Assembly: GCF_934630525.1 (NCBI RefSeq)
Contig: NZ_CAKTVX010000008.1
Span: 27,442-91,441 of the forward strand
Direction of reading: 5' to 3'
DNA: 64,000 nucleotides
Source of the DNA: an uncultured Slackia sp.
GTDB lineage: Bacteria; Actinomycetota; Coriobacteriia; Coriobacteriales; Eggerthellaceae
The position numbers were made by a program, and so were the translations under genes. The notes below the pieces were generated by a model, which was given only the letters and a program-made list of their open reading frames with translations, ran no database searches and was not told where the DNA came from. Shown one piece after another: positions 38,753 through 47,947 of this stretch. Positions within the stretch are counted from its first letter, which is position 1. Each line of letters begins with the position of its first letter.

Positions 38753-40090
38753 CTAATTTCGGTCAGCGATGTCGACATACTCGCGTGCGTGGCCCGTCTT
38801 CTTAAACGCGGGGCGCATGATGCGCTTGCCCGAGACGATTTCCTCAAAACGGTGCGCGCTCCAACCTGCCATACGAGCGCTTGCGAACATCGGCGTGAGC
38901 AATTCGCGGGGAATGCCCAGCGTAGAGTACACGCAGCCACTATAAAGGTCGACGTTCGCGCAAATATCTTTGCTCTTGCCAGCCTCGGCGAGCAGCTGCG
39001 GCGCCAGGCGCTCGATAATCTCAAGCAAGCGGAATTCCGCTTCGTGCTCAGTGCCCGCAACCAAGCGTTCCGCATATTTATGGAGCAACTCGGCGCGCGG
39101 GTCGGAAAGCGTATACACCGCATGGCCCATGCCATAGATAAGGCCCGTGCGATCGTAAGCTTCCTTGCGCACGATTTTGCGCAGGTAATCGGCCACCTGA
39201 CCTTCGTCGGTAATGTCGGCGACGTGCTGCTTGATGTCGTCGGTCATGCGAAGCGTGCGATTGTTCGCACCGCCATGGCGCGCACCTTTCAAGCTACCGA
39301 TTGCCGCAGCGTAAGCGGAATATGGATCGGTATCGGCGCTCGTAACAGCGCGGCAGGTAAACGTCGAATTATTGCCGCCGCCGTGCTCAGCATGCAGCAT
39401 GAGCATAATGTCGAGCGTTTTCGCCTCAGTATCGGTGAACTGCCGATCGGGACGAAGCATCGACAGAATGGTCTCAGCGGTCGACTGGCCCGGAATGTAA
39501 TGATGGATGAACATGGAGTCGCCGAAGAATTTGTCGCGCATCACATGATAGGAAAGCACCATGATGCGCGGAAGGCGCGAAAGCAGCATGATAGCCGTGT
39601 CGATTTCATGCTCCGAGCTGCGGTTTTCCGCTTCATCATCGAAGGCGTACAGCTGCAGCACCGCGCGGCTCATAGCGTTCATCAAATCGCGCGTGGGCGG
39701 CTTCATGATGTAATTCGCCGTGAAGCCATCGGGCAGGTCGCGCTGGGCGGCGATAAGGTCGTTGAAGGTTTTCAATTGCTCGGCCGTAGGAAGCTCGCCC
39801 GCCATAAGCAGGTACGCCGTTTCCTCGAAGCCGAAACGGTTTTCAGCAACAGCATGGTCGACCAAATCGGAAATGCTGTAGCCGCGATATGACAAACGTC
39901 CGCGGTCGGGAACTTTATCGCCCTCGGAAACAACGTAGCCATGCACGTTCGAGATATTTGTAACGCCAACCACAACGCCCGTGCCGTCGGCATTGCGCAA
40001 GCCTCGCTTGATATCGTAAGTGGTGTAATAACACGGATCGATTGAATGGCATTTCTCAAAGTCGGTGTAAAGCGGCAAGCTTTCCTTCAT
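38753..40090 (-). CDS. Citrate synthase
   Basis: 445 aa from MKESLPLYTD (RBS GGGAGGG). The citrate synthase signature regions HAEHGGGNNSTF and GHAVY are present. Confidence 0.85.
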   Translation of the reverse strand: MKESLPLYTDFEKCHSIDPCYYTTYDIKRGLRNADGTGVVVGVTNISNVHGYVVSEGDKVPDRGRLSYRGYSISDLVDHAVAENRFGFEETAYLLMAGELPTAEQLKTFNDLIAAQRDLPDGFTANYIMKPPTRDLMNAMSRAVLQLYAFDDEAENRSSEHEIDTAIMLLSRLPRIMVLSYHVMRDKFFGDSMFIHHYIPGQSTAETILSMLRPDRQFTDTEAKTLDIMLMLHAEHGGGNNSTFTCRAVTSADTDPYSAYAAAIGSLKGARHGGANNRTLRMTDDIKQHVADITDEGQVADYLRKIVRKEAYDRTGLIYGMGHAVYTLSDPRAELLHKYAERLVAGTEHEAEFRLLEIIERLAPQLLAEAGKSKDICANVDLYSGCVYSTLGIPRELLTPMFASARMAGWSAHRFEEIVSGKRIMRPAFKKTGHAREYVDIADRN

Positions 40091-40266
40091 GAGCATCAAC
40101 CCTCCCGGCGCCAGAAGCGCCCACAATTTACTGCGAAAGAAAAGTGTATGACGAGCTTAGCGCAGTTCAGACGGCATATCGGTAAACGAAATACACTTGT
40201 AACGTAGCGGTGCGCCACCGCTTGACCCCACGAATGGGAAAGCGGCGGCGAGTCGTCTCGCCACGT

Positions 40267-41547
40267 TTAAATCAAATGAGCGAACAGACCGCTGCGAAGC
40301 TTCGGTTCAAACCACGTCGACTTCGGCGGCATGAGGCGATCGGCGTCGGCCACATTGAGCAGCTCGTCAATCGACGTGGGGAACATTGCGAACGCCACAG
40401 CGGGGCCATCGCCGCGCGCATCGATGCGGTTCACCTTGCGTTCGAGCTCGCGCAGGCCACGAATTCCGCCCACGAACTCAATGCGCTCGTCGGTACGAGG
40501 GTCGCCGATTCCCAGAATGGGCGCGAGCACCTTTTTCTGAAGAATCGAAACATCGAGGCCGTCAACGGGGTCGCTGCTCTCGAATTCGGGCTTCACGCCA
40601 AGGCCGTACCACTCGCGGTCGAGATACATTCCCACTGCGCCCTTATCGATTGGCTCGAGCTGGGATTCTTGCGTATGGATAATCTCGAACGGGCCGTTTT
40701 CGCCAGCGAGGGCATTCAGGAATTCATCCTTGGTGAGGCCGTTGAGGTCGCGCACCACGCGGTTGTAGGCAAGAATCGAAAGCTGCGACGCAGGGAAGAG
40801 CACGCTCATGAAGTAATTGAATTCTTCGGTTCCGTCGTAACCCGGATTCGCCTCACGGCGCGCCAAGCCGACTTTCACGGCTGACGCCGCTCGATGATGG
40901 CCGTCGGCAATATACGCGCACGGCACCTTGGCAAACGCCGCAACCAAACCAGCATACGCTTGAGAGCAGGCGACTTCCTCCGACGCTGCAGCCATGCGCC
41001 ATACGCGATGCGTGACGCCATCTTCACCGGTGAAATCGTAGAGCGGCGCGGTTTTCTTCACGGCCGCGACCAAAATATCGATCGCATCGGAATCGCGATA
41101 CGTCAGGAAAATAGGGCCCGTTTGCGCATCGAGGGCATCGATGTGGCGAATGCGGTCGAGCTCCTTCTTCTCGAGCGTGTTCTCATGCTTCTTGATAACA
41201 TTCTCGAGGTAATCATCAATCGCGCAGCACGCAACGACACCCGTTTGCGAGCGCCCGTTCATCGTGAGCTCATACAAATAGAAGCACGGCGCAGGCTCGG
41301 TCACGAACGTGCCATCGGCGCGGCGTGCATCGAAGAGCTCACGAGCTTTCGCATACACCTCGGGGGCATACATATCGGCATCGGCCGGAAATTGCGTTTC
41401 AGGGCGATCGATATTCAGGAAAGAAAGCGGCTCACCATCAACGGCGGCGACGGCCTCGGCTCGGTCGTACACGTCATAAGGAAGCGCCGCGACCTGATCG
41501 ACGACACTTGCAGTTGGTCGAACAGCAGCAAACGGTTTAACAATCAT
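40267..41547 (-). CDS. DUF1015 family protein
   Basis: 426 aa from MIVKPFAAVRP. The PYDVY and ADGHHR motifs are typical of DUF1015 as I recall it. Confidence 0.7.
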   Translation of the reverse strand: MIVKPFAAVRPTASVVDQVAALPYDVYDRAEAVAAVDGEPLSFLNIDRPETQFPADADMYAPEVYAKARELFDARRADGTFVTEPAPCFYLYELTMNGRSQTGVVACCAIDDYLENVIKKHENTLEKKELDRIRHIDALDAQTGPIFLTYRDSDAIDILVAAVKKTAPLYDFTGEDGVTHRVWRMAAASEEVACSQAYAGLVAAFAKVPCAYIADGHHRAASAVKVGLARREANPGYDGTEEFNYFMSVLFPASQLSILAYNRVVRDLNGLTKDEFLNALAGENGPFEIIHTQESQLEPIDKGAVGMYLDREWYGLGVKPEFESSDPVDGLDVSILQKKVLAPILGIGDPRTDERIEFVGGIRGLRELERKVNRIDARGDGPAVAFAMFPTSIDELLNVADADRLMPPKSTWFEPKLRSGLFAHLI

Positions 41548-41627
41548 AGGAAAACTCCCTTGCCTCAAATGGATCGGAGGACAGTCCTCCGATCTATAGT
41601 TGCATTAAAACGCTGGACAAACGAAAA

Positions 41628-41843
41628 TCAGCGAGCTTGGGTTCTGGCGAGTGCAATTCGGGCGCGGCCGAGGCGAAGCATACTTCGGTACGTGAGCTGT
41701 TTAATACGCCTCATGGCATATTCAATCCCAAACTTCTGAGCACGAGCGGGCGCCGCCCAGCTTAGCTGGGCCATCACCGCCCGAAGTGCGCCGTCAGAAC
41801 CCGGCGCAGCGTCGAGCACTTGCGTCGTTCGGCAGAACGACGC
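41628..41843. repeat. Interspersed repeat, family A, copy 3 (with an internal insertion of about 70 nt)
   Basis: It contains tcagcgagc..ggcgagtgcaattcgggcg, the core gcgaagcatacttcggtacgtgag (41673-41696), gcgcagcgtcgagc, and the terminal hairpin gcgtcgttcggcagaacgacgc (41822-41843) directly after the serA stop. Confidence 0.75.
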
Positions 41844-41846
41844 AAC

Positions 41847-43010
41847 CTACTTAATAACGCGCACGCGATAAATGCTCGGAATCTGCTTCAGGGCTTCGAT
41901 GGTCTCGTCGTCGAGATGCTCATCGGTGTCGAACATGGTGTAGGCATTCTCGCCAGCGCTTTCGTTCGTCATACGCTGCACATTGGCGTTGTCTCGGGCG
42001 AGCACTGCCGTAATTTGGCCGATCATATTCGGTACATTCGCATGCAGGCACGCGACACGGCTCGCCGCGCGCGCCTTGCCCATGGAGCAGGTGGGGTAGT
42101 TCACCGAATTGGCGATATTGCCGTTTTCCAAGTAATCCTTGAGCTCAGAAATGGCCATATCGGCGCAATTCGCTTCAGCCTCGCCCGTGCCAGCACCCGA
42201 GTGGGTGGTAATGAACGTGTTCGGCATAAGCACGGTTTTCTGAGTCGCGAAGTCGGTCGCGAACCATGCGATTTTGCCGGCACGCAGGGCGGCATCGACG
42301 GCATCCTCGTCAACGATGGTCTCGCGAGAATAGTTGATGAGCACGGCATTCGGGGCAAGCAGATTCAACTGCTCCTCGCCAATCATATGAATCGTGTCGG
42401 CCTTCGAGGGCACATGCAGCGTGAGGTAATCGCGGTCGCGGCACGCGTCTTCGAGCGTCGATACGCGCTGAACTTTTTGGGAAAGTGCCCACGCATGCTC
42501 GACCGAGATAAACGGATCGTAGCCATACACGTCCATTCCCAGATCGGCGCAGGCGTTGGCGACCTTCGAGCCAACGTTGCCCAAACCGATAACAGCAATG
42601 CTCTTGCCCTTCAACTCGCGGCCGACGAACGCCTTCTTCGCCTTTTCCGCGTTCACGAAAATATCGGGGTCGGCAGCATTTTCGCGCACCCAATTCATCG
42701 ATTGCACAACGCCACGGCTCGAAAGCACGAGCATCGCCAAAACGAGCTCTTTCACGGCATTGGAGTTCGCGCCCGGCGAATTGAATACCACGACGCCCTT
42801 CTTGGCATATTCCTCGATGGGAATATTGTTCACGCCGGCGCCGCAACGCGCGATAGCGCGAATGCCTTCAGGCAGCTCATAGCCGTGTAGGTCGGTCGAG
42901 CGCATGAGAATCGCATCGGCCTTTTCAGCTTCGGGCACGAACTCGTAGCCGTCGCCAAAGGTAACCTGGCCGTCTTTCGTGATGTCGTCGATGGTTTTGA
43001 TATAGCGCAT
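41847..43010 (-). CDS. serA: D-3-phosphoglycerate dehydrogenase (with a C-terminal ACT-like domain)
   Basis: 387 aa with the NAD fold GKSIAVIGLGNVGSKVA and catalytic-region motifs. Confidence 0.85.
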   Translation of the reverse strand: MRYIKTIDDITKDGQVTFGDGYEFVPEAEKADAILMRSTDLHGYELPEGIRAIARCGAGVNNIPIEEYAKKGVVVFNSPGANSNAVKELVLAMLVLSSRGVVQSMNWVRENAADPDIFVNAEKAKKAFVGRELKGKSIAVIGLGNVGSKVANACADLGMDVYGYDPFISVEHAWALSQKVQRVSTLEDACRDRDYLTLHVPSKADTIHMIGEEQLNLLAPNAVLINYSRETIVDEDAVDAALRAGKIAWFATDFATQKTVLMPNTFITTHSGAGTGEAEANCADMAISELKDYLENGNIANSVNYPTCSMGKARAASRVACLHANVPNMIGQITAVLARDNANVQRMTNESAGENAYTMFDTDEHLDDETIEALKQIPSIYRVRVIK

Positions 43011-43273
43011 GGAAATCTCCTTTTAGATTATCGAACCCATATGCCGAATCTAACGGAAGCCTTCGATTCTCGAAGGCCGTGGCGACCCGTCGATTCCCCG
43101 GCAGATTCAAGGTTCGTATTGCAACAATGATTATATGGTCGAGCTAACCACCCACTGAACGCCCGACCAGCCAAAAGGCGGCGGGCGTGCGCCAAGAGGC
43201 GTACGCGGGTGTGCGAATCAAGCCTGGCGACGCCACGCTTGAAAAGAAAATGAATTTGGGGCGAGATCTCGCC

Positions 43274-44374
43274 CTAGATAGATCGCGAACCCGCGGGGTT
43301 GCGCAATTCGAAGTCGCGCATGAAGTCAACGAGCGCCTGCACGCCCTCGATAGGCATGGCGTTGTAAATGCTCGCACGCATGCCGCCCACGCTGCGGTGG
43401 CCCTTGATATTCTTCAGACCGGCAGCATCGGCTTCCACAATGAATTTTGCATCAAGTTCAGCGTCGCCCGTAACGAACGGCACGTTCATAAGCGAACGGT
43501 CCTCCTCGCGTGCGGTGCCATGGAACACATCACTTTCGTCAAGCGCGTTATAAAGCAGCTGGGCTTTGGCGACATTGATGTCGCGCATACCTTCGAGACC
43601 GCCTTGGGCCTTAATCCACTTGAAGACTTTTCCGCATACATAAATCGCGTAGCACGGCGGCGTGTTATACATACTGCCACCGTCGACATGCGTTTTGTAT
43701 TGCAGCATGGTGGGAACGCTGGGCAGATCATCGGTAGGAATAAGGTCATCGCGAACGATAGCAATCGTGACGCCCGCAGGACCCACGTTCTTCTGAGCGC
43801 CACCATAAATAAGGCCATACTTGGCCACATCGATGGGCTCGCTCAAAAAGCACGATGAGACATCGGACACCAGCGGCACGTCGCCCGTTTCGGGCAGCGC
43901 ATGATATTTAGTGCCATAGATGGTCTCGTTTTCGCAAATGTAGACGTAATCGGCGTTCGGATTCACCTGCAACTCGGCCATATTAGGCACGTAGCTGAAA
44001 TTGTCGTCGGAAGAATCGCCCAGAATGCGAGCATCGCCGAAGCGCTTCGCCTCCTGGTAGGCCTTTTTACTCCAAGAGCCGCTCACGATATATTCGGCAA
44101 AACCGCCGCTCATCAGGTTCAGAGGCACCATGGCGAACTGCGTAGAGCCACCGCCCTGCAAGAACAGCACCTTATAGTTGCTAGGAATGCCCATGAGGTC
44201 GCGCAAATCGGCTTCGGCCTCTTCAATAATCGCCTTGAAAGCTGAAGATCGGTGGCTCATCTCCATTACCGACATACCGCAACCGCGATAATCGAGCATT
44301 TCTTCGGCAGCTTCGCGAAGCACGCTCTCGGGCAGCACCGCGGGACCCGCGGAGAAGTTGTAAACCCTACCCAT
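43274..44374 (-). CDS. serC: Phosphoserine aminotransferase
   Basis: 366 aa with MGRVYNFSAGPAVLPE, MEMSHRS and GAQKNVGPAG. Confidence 0.9.
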   Translation of the reverse strand: MGRVYNFSAGPAVLPESVLREAAEEMLDYRGCGMSVMEMSHRSSAFKAIIEEAEADLRDLMGIPSNYKVLFLQGGGSTQFAMVPLNLMSGGFAEYIVSGSWSKKAYQEAKRFGDARILGDSSDDNFSYVPNMAELQVNPNADYVYICENETIYGTKYHALPETGDVPLVSDVSSCFLSEPIDVAKYGLIYGGAQKNVGPAGVTIAIVRDDLIPTDDLPSVPTMLQYKTHVDGGSMYNTPPCYAIYVCGKVFKWIKAQGGLEGMRDINVAKAQLLYNALDESDVFHGTAREEDRSLMNVPFVTGDAELDAKFIVEADAAGLKNIKGHRSVGGMRASIYNAMPIEGVQALVDFMRDFELRNPAGSRSI

Positions 44375-44495
44375 GTCGATGACCCCCTTTTCTTCAACGA
44401 GAGATTTTTAGCGTCTAAGTACGATATTGTAGTTCAAATGCGAGCGAAACAGTGCACTTTATTTGACTAGAGTGAAGAATTCACCGAATCATCCC

Positions 44496-44652
44496 GTTCC
44501 TCCCGGCTGGCAGACGCCGCGCCGATGCGGCTCTGCGTTCATCCTTGCTCTTCATTTCAAAACGAAACGCAGCGAGGTGAGCGCATAGTGAGCCGAAGGC
44601 GAACGGTAGCGAACCGTCCCCTTCGGCGCGGCGTCTGACAGCCGGGAGGAAC
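44496..44652. repeat. Interspersed repeat, family B, copy 2: highly structured element bounded by a 30-bp inverted repeat
   Basis: The arms are gttcctcccggctggcagacgccgcgccga (44496-44525) and tcggcgcggcgtctgacagccgggaggaac (44623-44652), with one mismatch. Nested hairpins are ctgcgtt/aacgcag and gccgaagg/ccttcggc. The core is shared with 23246-23376. Confidence 0.7.
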
Positions 44653-44831
44653 AGGGGAATGGGTGGCACAAAGCGACGAATGGGCGGAAGGAAAGTCCAT
44701 CCCAAAGCTTTTCATCACACCGCAATAAGCGCTTGTGCCGATTTCGCAAGAGCGGGATGCAAGTTTGGGTCGCATCCCCAGAACCATCCAAAAGAAATCG
44801 CCCCCGGATTTCCAGGGGCGACCGATCAGAC

Positions 44832-46211
44832 CTATTCGATTCCAAGCACCTGCATCACAAGCAGCGCAACGGTGAGTATCGTAACGATAGCGACGGTAAA
44901 CCAAATGATTCCCCGTCCGACGATTCCGCTCGCATATTTGCCCATGATGCGCTTGTCGGCAGCGATAAGAGCCATGAACACGAGCAGCACCGGCAGAACA
45001 ACACCGTTGATGAACTGGGCGGTGAGCATGATGTTCATAAGGTTGAGGCCCGGAATAAGCACCACGATCGCCGAGAACACGATGACGGAAGTGAAAATAC
45101 CCTTGAACATGGGCGCTTCCTTCCAGGTGAAGTCGACGCCGGCCTCCCAACCAAACGCTTCGCAAATAACGAACGATGTCGTGAGCGGCAGCACGCACGC
45201 AGCCAAGAAACTCGCGGCGGTAAGGCCAGCCGCGAACAGGATTTGCGCGTATTCGCCCGCAAACGGAGCAAGCGCGGTAGCGGCGTCCTGCGCGGAATCG
45301 ATCGAAATGCCCTGCGGATAGAGCACTGCGCCCGTGGTAACAATGATGAACCAGGCGACCAAGCAGGCGACAACCGTGCCAGCCGTCACATCGACCTTCT
45401 GCAGGAACATTTCCTCGTGGTCGGTTCCAACGCCCTTATCGACGACGTTGCTTTGTGCGAAGAACATCATCCACGGCGCGATGGTGGTACCAATCATCGA
45501 AATAACGAGCGAAACGAAATGCACGTTCGCGGGAATCTGCGGCACCACGGTCGCATAGGCAACATCGCCCCAGTTGGGACCAGCCAAAAAAGCGGCGACG
45601 ATATACGTCACGAACACGAGGGAAATCGCGAGGAAGATTTTCTCGACGCTTTTATAGCTTCCCTTCACCACGAGCAGCCACACAATCACAGCGGAAATAG
45701 GCACGCTCACCCAGGTAGGCACGCCGAAAAGCCCCATGCCCGATGCAATACCGGCAAATTCGCTGAACGTCGTGGCGACGTTGCCAATTAGCAGCGCGCA
45801 CATGGCGAAAGCAGTAAGGCGAATGCCGAAACGTTCACGAATAAGTGCAGCGAAACCTTTGCCCGTTACCGCGCCCATACGGGCAGCGGTCATTTGCACA
45901 ACGAGCAACAGCACGCACATCACGGGGATAACCCAAAGCGCGGCATAGCCGAAATCGGCACCTGCTGTGGAATACGTCGAAATGCCGCCAGCATCGTTGC
46001 CGGCCATGGCGCTTACGACGCCAGGACCCATAGCTGCAAGCACGAGCAGGAAGAACGGCTTCTTCTTCTCGTCGGCCGACCCCTCCGTGGCGGGGGAATC
46101 GGAAACGGTTTCCGCAAGCTCCGGCTTTCCCGCCTTGCGCGCGACGTATTCAGCCTCGCGGCGTTCCTGCATGACCTCGTCATACGTCGCATCGCGACGT
46201 ATGACGGCCAT
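44832..46211 (-). CDS. NRAMP-family transporter of the NRMT (NRAMP-related Mg2+ transporter) type
   Basis: 459 aa with an SLC11 fold. The canonical DPGN motif is replaced by NDAGG, and the A-x-x-MPH motif by TTIAPW. The start ATG abuts the stop of the upstream gene (TAAATG). Confidence 0.8.
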   Translation of the reverse strand: MAVIRRDATYDEVMQERREAEYVARKAGKPELAETVSDSPATEGSADEKKKPFFLLVLAAMGPGVVSAMAGNDAGGISTYSTAGADFGYAALWVIPVMCVLLLVVQMTAARMGAVTGKGFAALIRERFGIRLTAFAMCALLIGNVATTFSEFAGIASGMGLFGVPTWVSVPISAVIVWLLVVKGSYKSVEKIFLAISLVFVTYIVAAFLAGPNWGDVAYATVVPQIPANVHFVSLVISMIGTTIAPWMMFFAQSNVVDKGVGTDHEEMFLQKVDVTAGTVVACLVAWFIIVTTGAVLYPQGISIDSAQDAATALAPFAGEYAQILFAAGLTAASFLAACVLPLTTSFVICEAFGWEAGVDFTWKEAPMFKGIFTSVIVFSAIVVLIPGLNLMNIMLTAQFINGVVLPVLLVFMALIAADKRIMGKYASGIVGRGIIWFTVAIVTILTVALLVMQVLGIE

Positions 46212-47561
46212 TTACAGCACCCCCGCGATTTCGAGCACGATGAGCGTATACACGGCAAGAGCCGCCGCGCCGCCGATAATGCCGGCGACCACCGTAAGGG
46301 CGCGAGACGTATTCTTCTCGCTCTCGGTGCTTTCTTCCATGACTTCCATGGCGTCGTCGACGGTAACCAGGCCAAGCATGCGTCCCGATTCGTCAACGAC
46401 GGGCAACGCGACCATGTCGTATTTCGAGATATCGGCCGCAACCTCTTCTTCATCCTCATCGGGCGGCACAGAGATGATCTCGGTATACATGATGTCTTTG
46501 AGCTGCGATTCGCGATGCGCCAGCACCAGCGTGCGCATCGACAGCACGCCGACGAGCTTCTCGGAGTCTTCCTCGAGCACGTACACGAAGTGAACGGTCG
46601 GGAAGTCCTCATCGAGGGCGCGGAGCACTTCAACCGTATCGAGCACGGTATCGGTTTCTTTCATAGCGACGAACTGGGTGGTCATCATGCCGCCGGCAGT
46701 GTCGTCTTTGTAGCCGAGCAAGGAACGAATCTCGGCCGCGTCTTCGACGCCCATCAGGCGAAGCAGCGTTTCAGCCTTTTCATAAGGAAGGTCACGAATA
46801 ATATCGGCCGCATCGTCAGGGTCCATTTGGCCCAAAAGGCCGGAAGCCTCGCGGTCGCCCAAGTCGTCGAGCGTTTCAGCCTGGTACTCATCTTCCAACT
46901 CGGCGATAACCTCGGCCGAACGCGCATCGTCAAGGTGCTTGAATACCTCGGCACGCTGCTTGGGATCGAGCTGCTCCAGAATATCTGCGACGTCGGCAGG
47001 GTGCATCTCGTTCAAACGGCGGTGCGTCACGGAAAGCTGCACTTTGGACAAGTCGCGATCGAGCAGGTCCATATAGTTCCAGGCGATAATCTTTTCATCG
47101 ATTTTCTTGCCGAAGAGCTTCGCCGCGCCCACAACGGCTTTCTCGAGAAGCGGATGAAGGCCGCGCAGGATGCCGCGCACGCCAACCTCGGCGCCCAGAA
47201 GACGCAGCTGCGTGCCAGAAGGGGAGAGCTTCAAGTCGTTAACGCGCACGAGCTTAAGGCCTTGCGTGTCAACAATTTGCTGATCAAGCAAATCACGGGC
47301 AAGCAAGACTTCGTCGGGCTGCAGATAACTGAAGCGAATGTTGTACGACTCGGTATTAAGGCGAACTTCGTCTTCGGAAAAGCTGTCGACGTACTTGCGC
47401 CAACTAATCATGAACGGCGTGCGGCCGGGGCCTTTAAACGCCAAGGAAGTAATGCGTGGAAACATCTCGCCCGTGGAAATAGCGAGATCAGACACAACAC
47501 CGAGCTTTTCTCCCGTTGAATCGTATACGGGATTACCCAGCATGTTGGACAAGTAGAGCAA
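46212..47561 (-). CDS. PRC-barrel + MgtE N-terminal domain + CBS-pair protein with a single C-terminal TM helix (no MgtE channel domain)
   Basis: The proposed TTG start lies 6 nt after GGGGAGG; an alternative ATG is at 47543. MgtE_N-like helices are present (HPADVADILEQLDPKQRAEVF, DDAADIIRDLP), as is a CBS pair (VGVLSMRTL, MLGLVTVDDAMEV). The protein ends in one hydrophobic helix (LTVVAGIIGGAAALAVYTLIVL). Confidence 0.75.
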   Translation of the reverse strand: MLYLSNMLGNPVYDSTGEKLGVVSDLAISTGEMFPRITSLAFKGPGRTPFMISWRKYVDSFSEDEVRLNTESYNIRFSYLQPDEVLLARDLLDQQIVDTQGLKLVRVNDLKLSPSGTQLRLLGAEVGVRGILRGLHPLLEKAVVGAAKLFGKKIDEKIIAWNYMDLLDRDLSKVQLSVTHRRLNEMHPADVADILEQLDPKQRAEVFKHLDDARSAEVIAELEDEYQAETLDDLGDREASGLLGQMDPDDAADIIRDLPYEKAETLLRLMGVEDAAEIRSLLGYKDDTAGGMMTTQFVAMKETDTVLDTVEVLRALDEDFPTVHFVYVLEEDSEKLVGVLSMRTLVLAHRESQLKDIMYTEIISVPPDEDEEEVAADISKYDMVALPVVDESGRMLGLVTVDDAMEVMEESTESEKNTSRALTVVAGIIGGAAALAVYTLIVLEIAGVL

Positions 47562-47747
47562 TGCTTGCCTCCCCTCGAACAATGCGGCCTGAGGCCCACG
47601 AAGGAAAGCGGAGGACCTCAAGGTTAGCGAACTATGTGTTTTCGAACCTTCAAAATGGCCCTTTTCTCCTAGACAATAAAAAAGCCGCTCTCGCGGCGCA
47701 ACTGCTTATCGGCTAATTTTGAACCGATTTTGCAATCGGCGAGAAAG

Positions 47748-47824
47748 TGGTGCGCCGTGAGGGATTCGAACCCCCGACGTACTGATTCGTAGTCAGTCCC
47801 TCTATCCAGCTGAGGTAACGGCGC
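47748..47824 (-). tRNA. tRNA-Arg (anticodon ACG), CCA encoded
   Basis: The reverse complement reads gcgccgt...actgaCTACGAAtcagt...ggttcgaatcc...acggcgcacca. A downstream hairpin gccgcgagagcggc plus a T-run lies at about 47681-47700. Confidence 0.9.
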
Positions 47825-47947
47825 ACTTCATAAGCAGCTCGATAATAATAACCCATACACCCTAGAAGTCAACGGGTTTTAGAAAAATTTTTCAAAAATT
47901 AGCGGCCGACCGGGTTTGCCCCGATCGGCCGCCATTCTCACGAGCGA

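Noticed and set aside
47562-47747. Possible Mg2+ (M-box) riboswitch upstream of the MgtE_N/NRMT operon.
   Set aside because: The 186-nt leader contains a terminator for the upstream tRNA and some hairpins. It has none of the conserved M-box blocks (for example GTTAGGTGAGGC), and it is too short once the terminator is subtracted.
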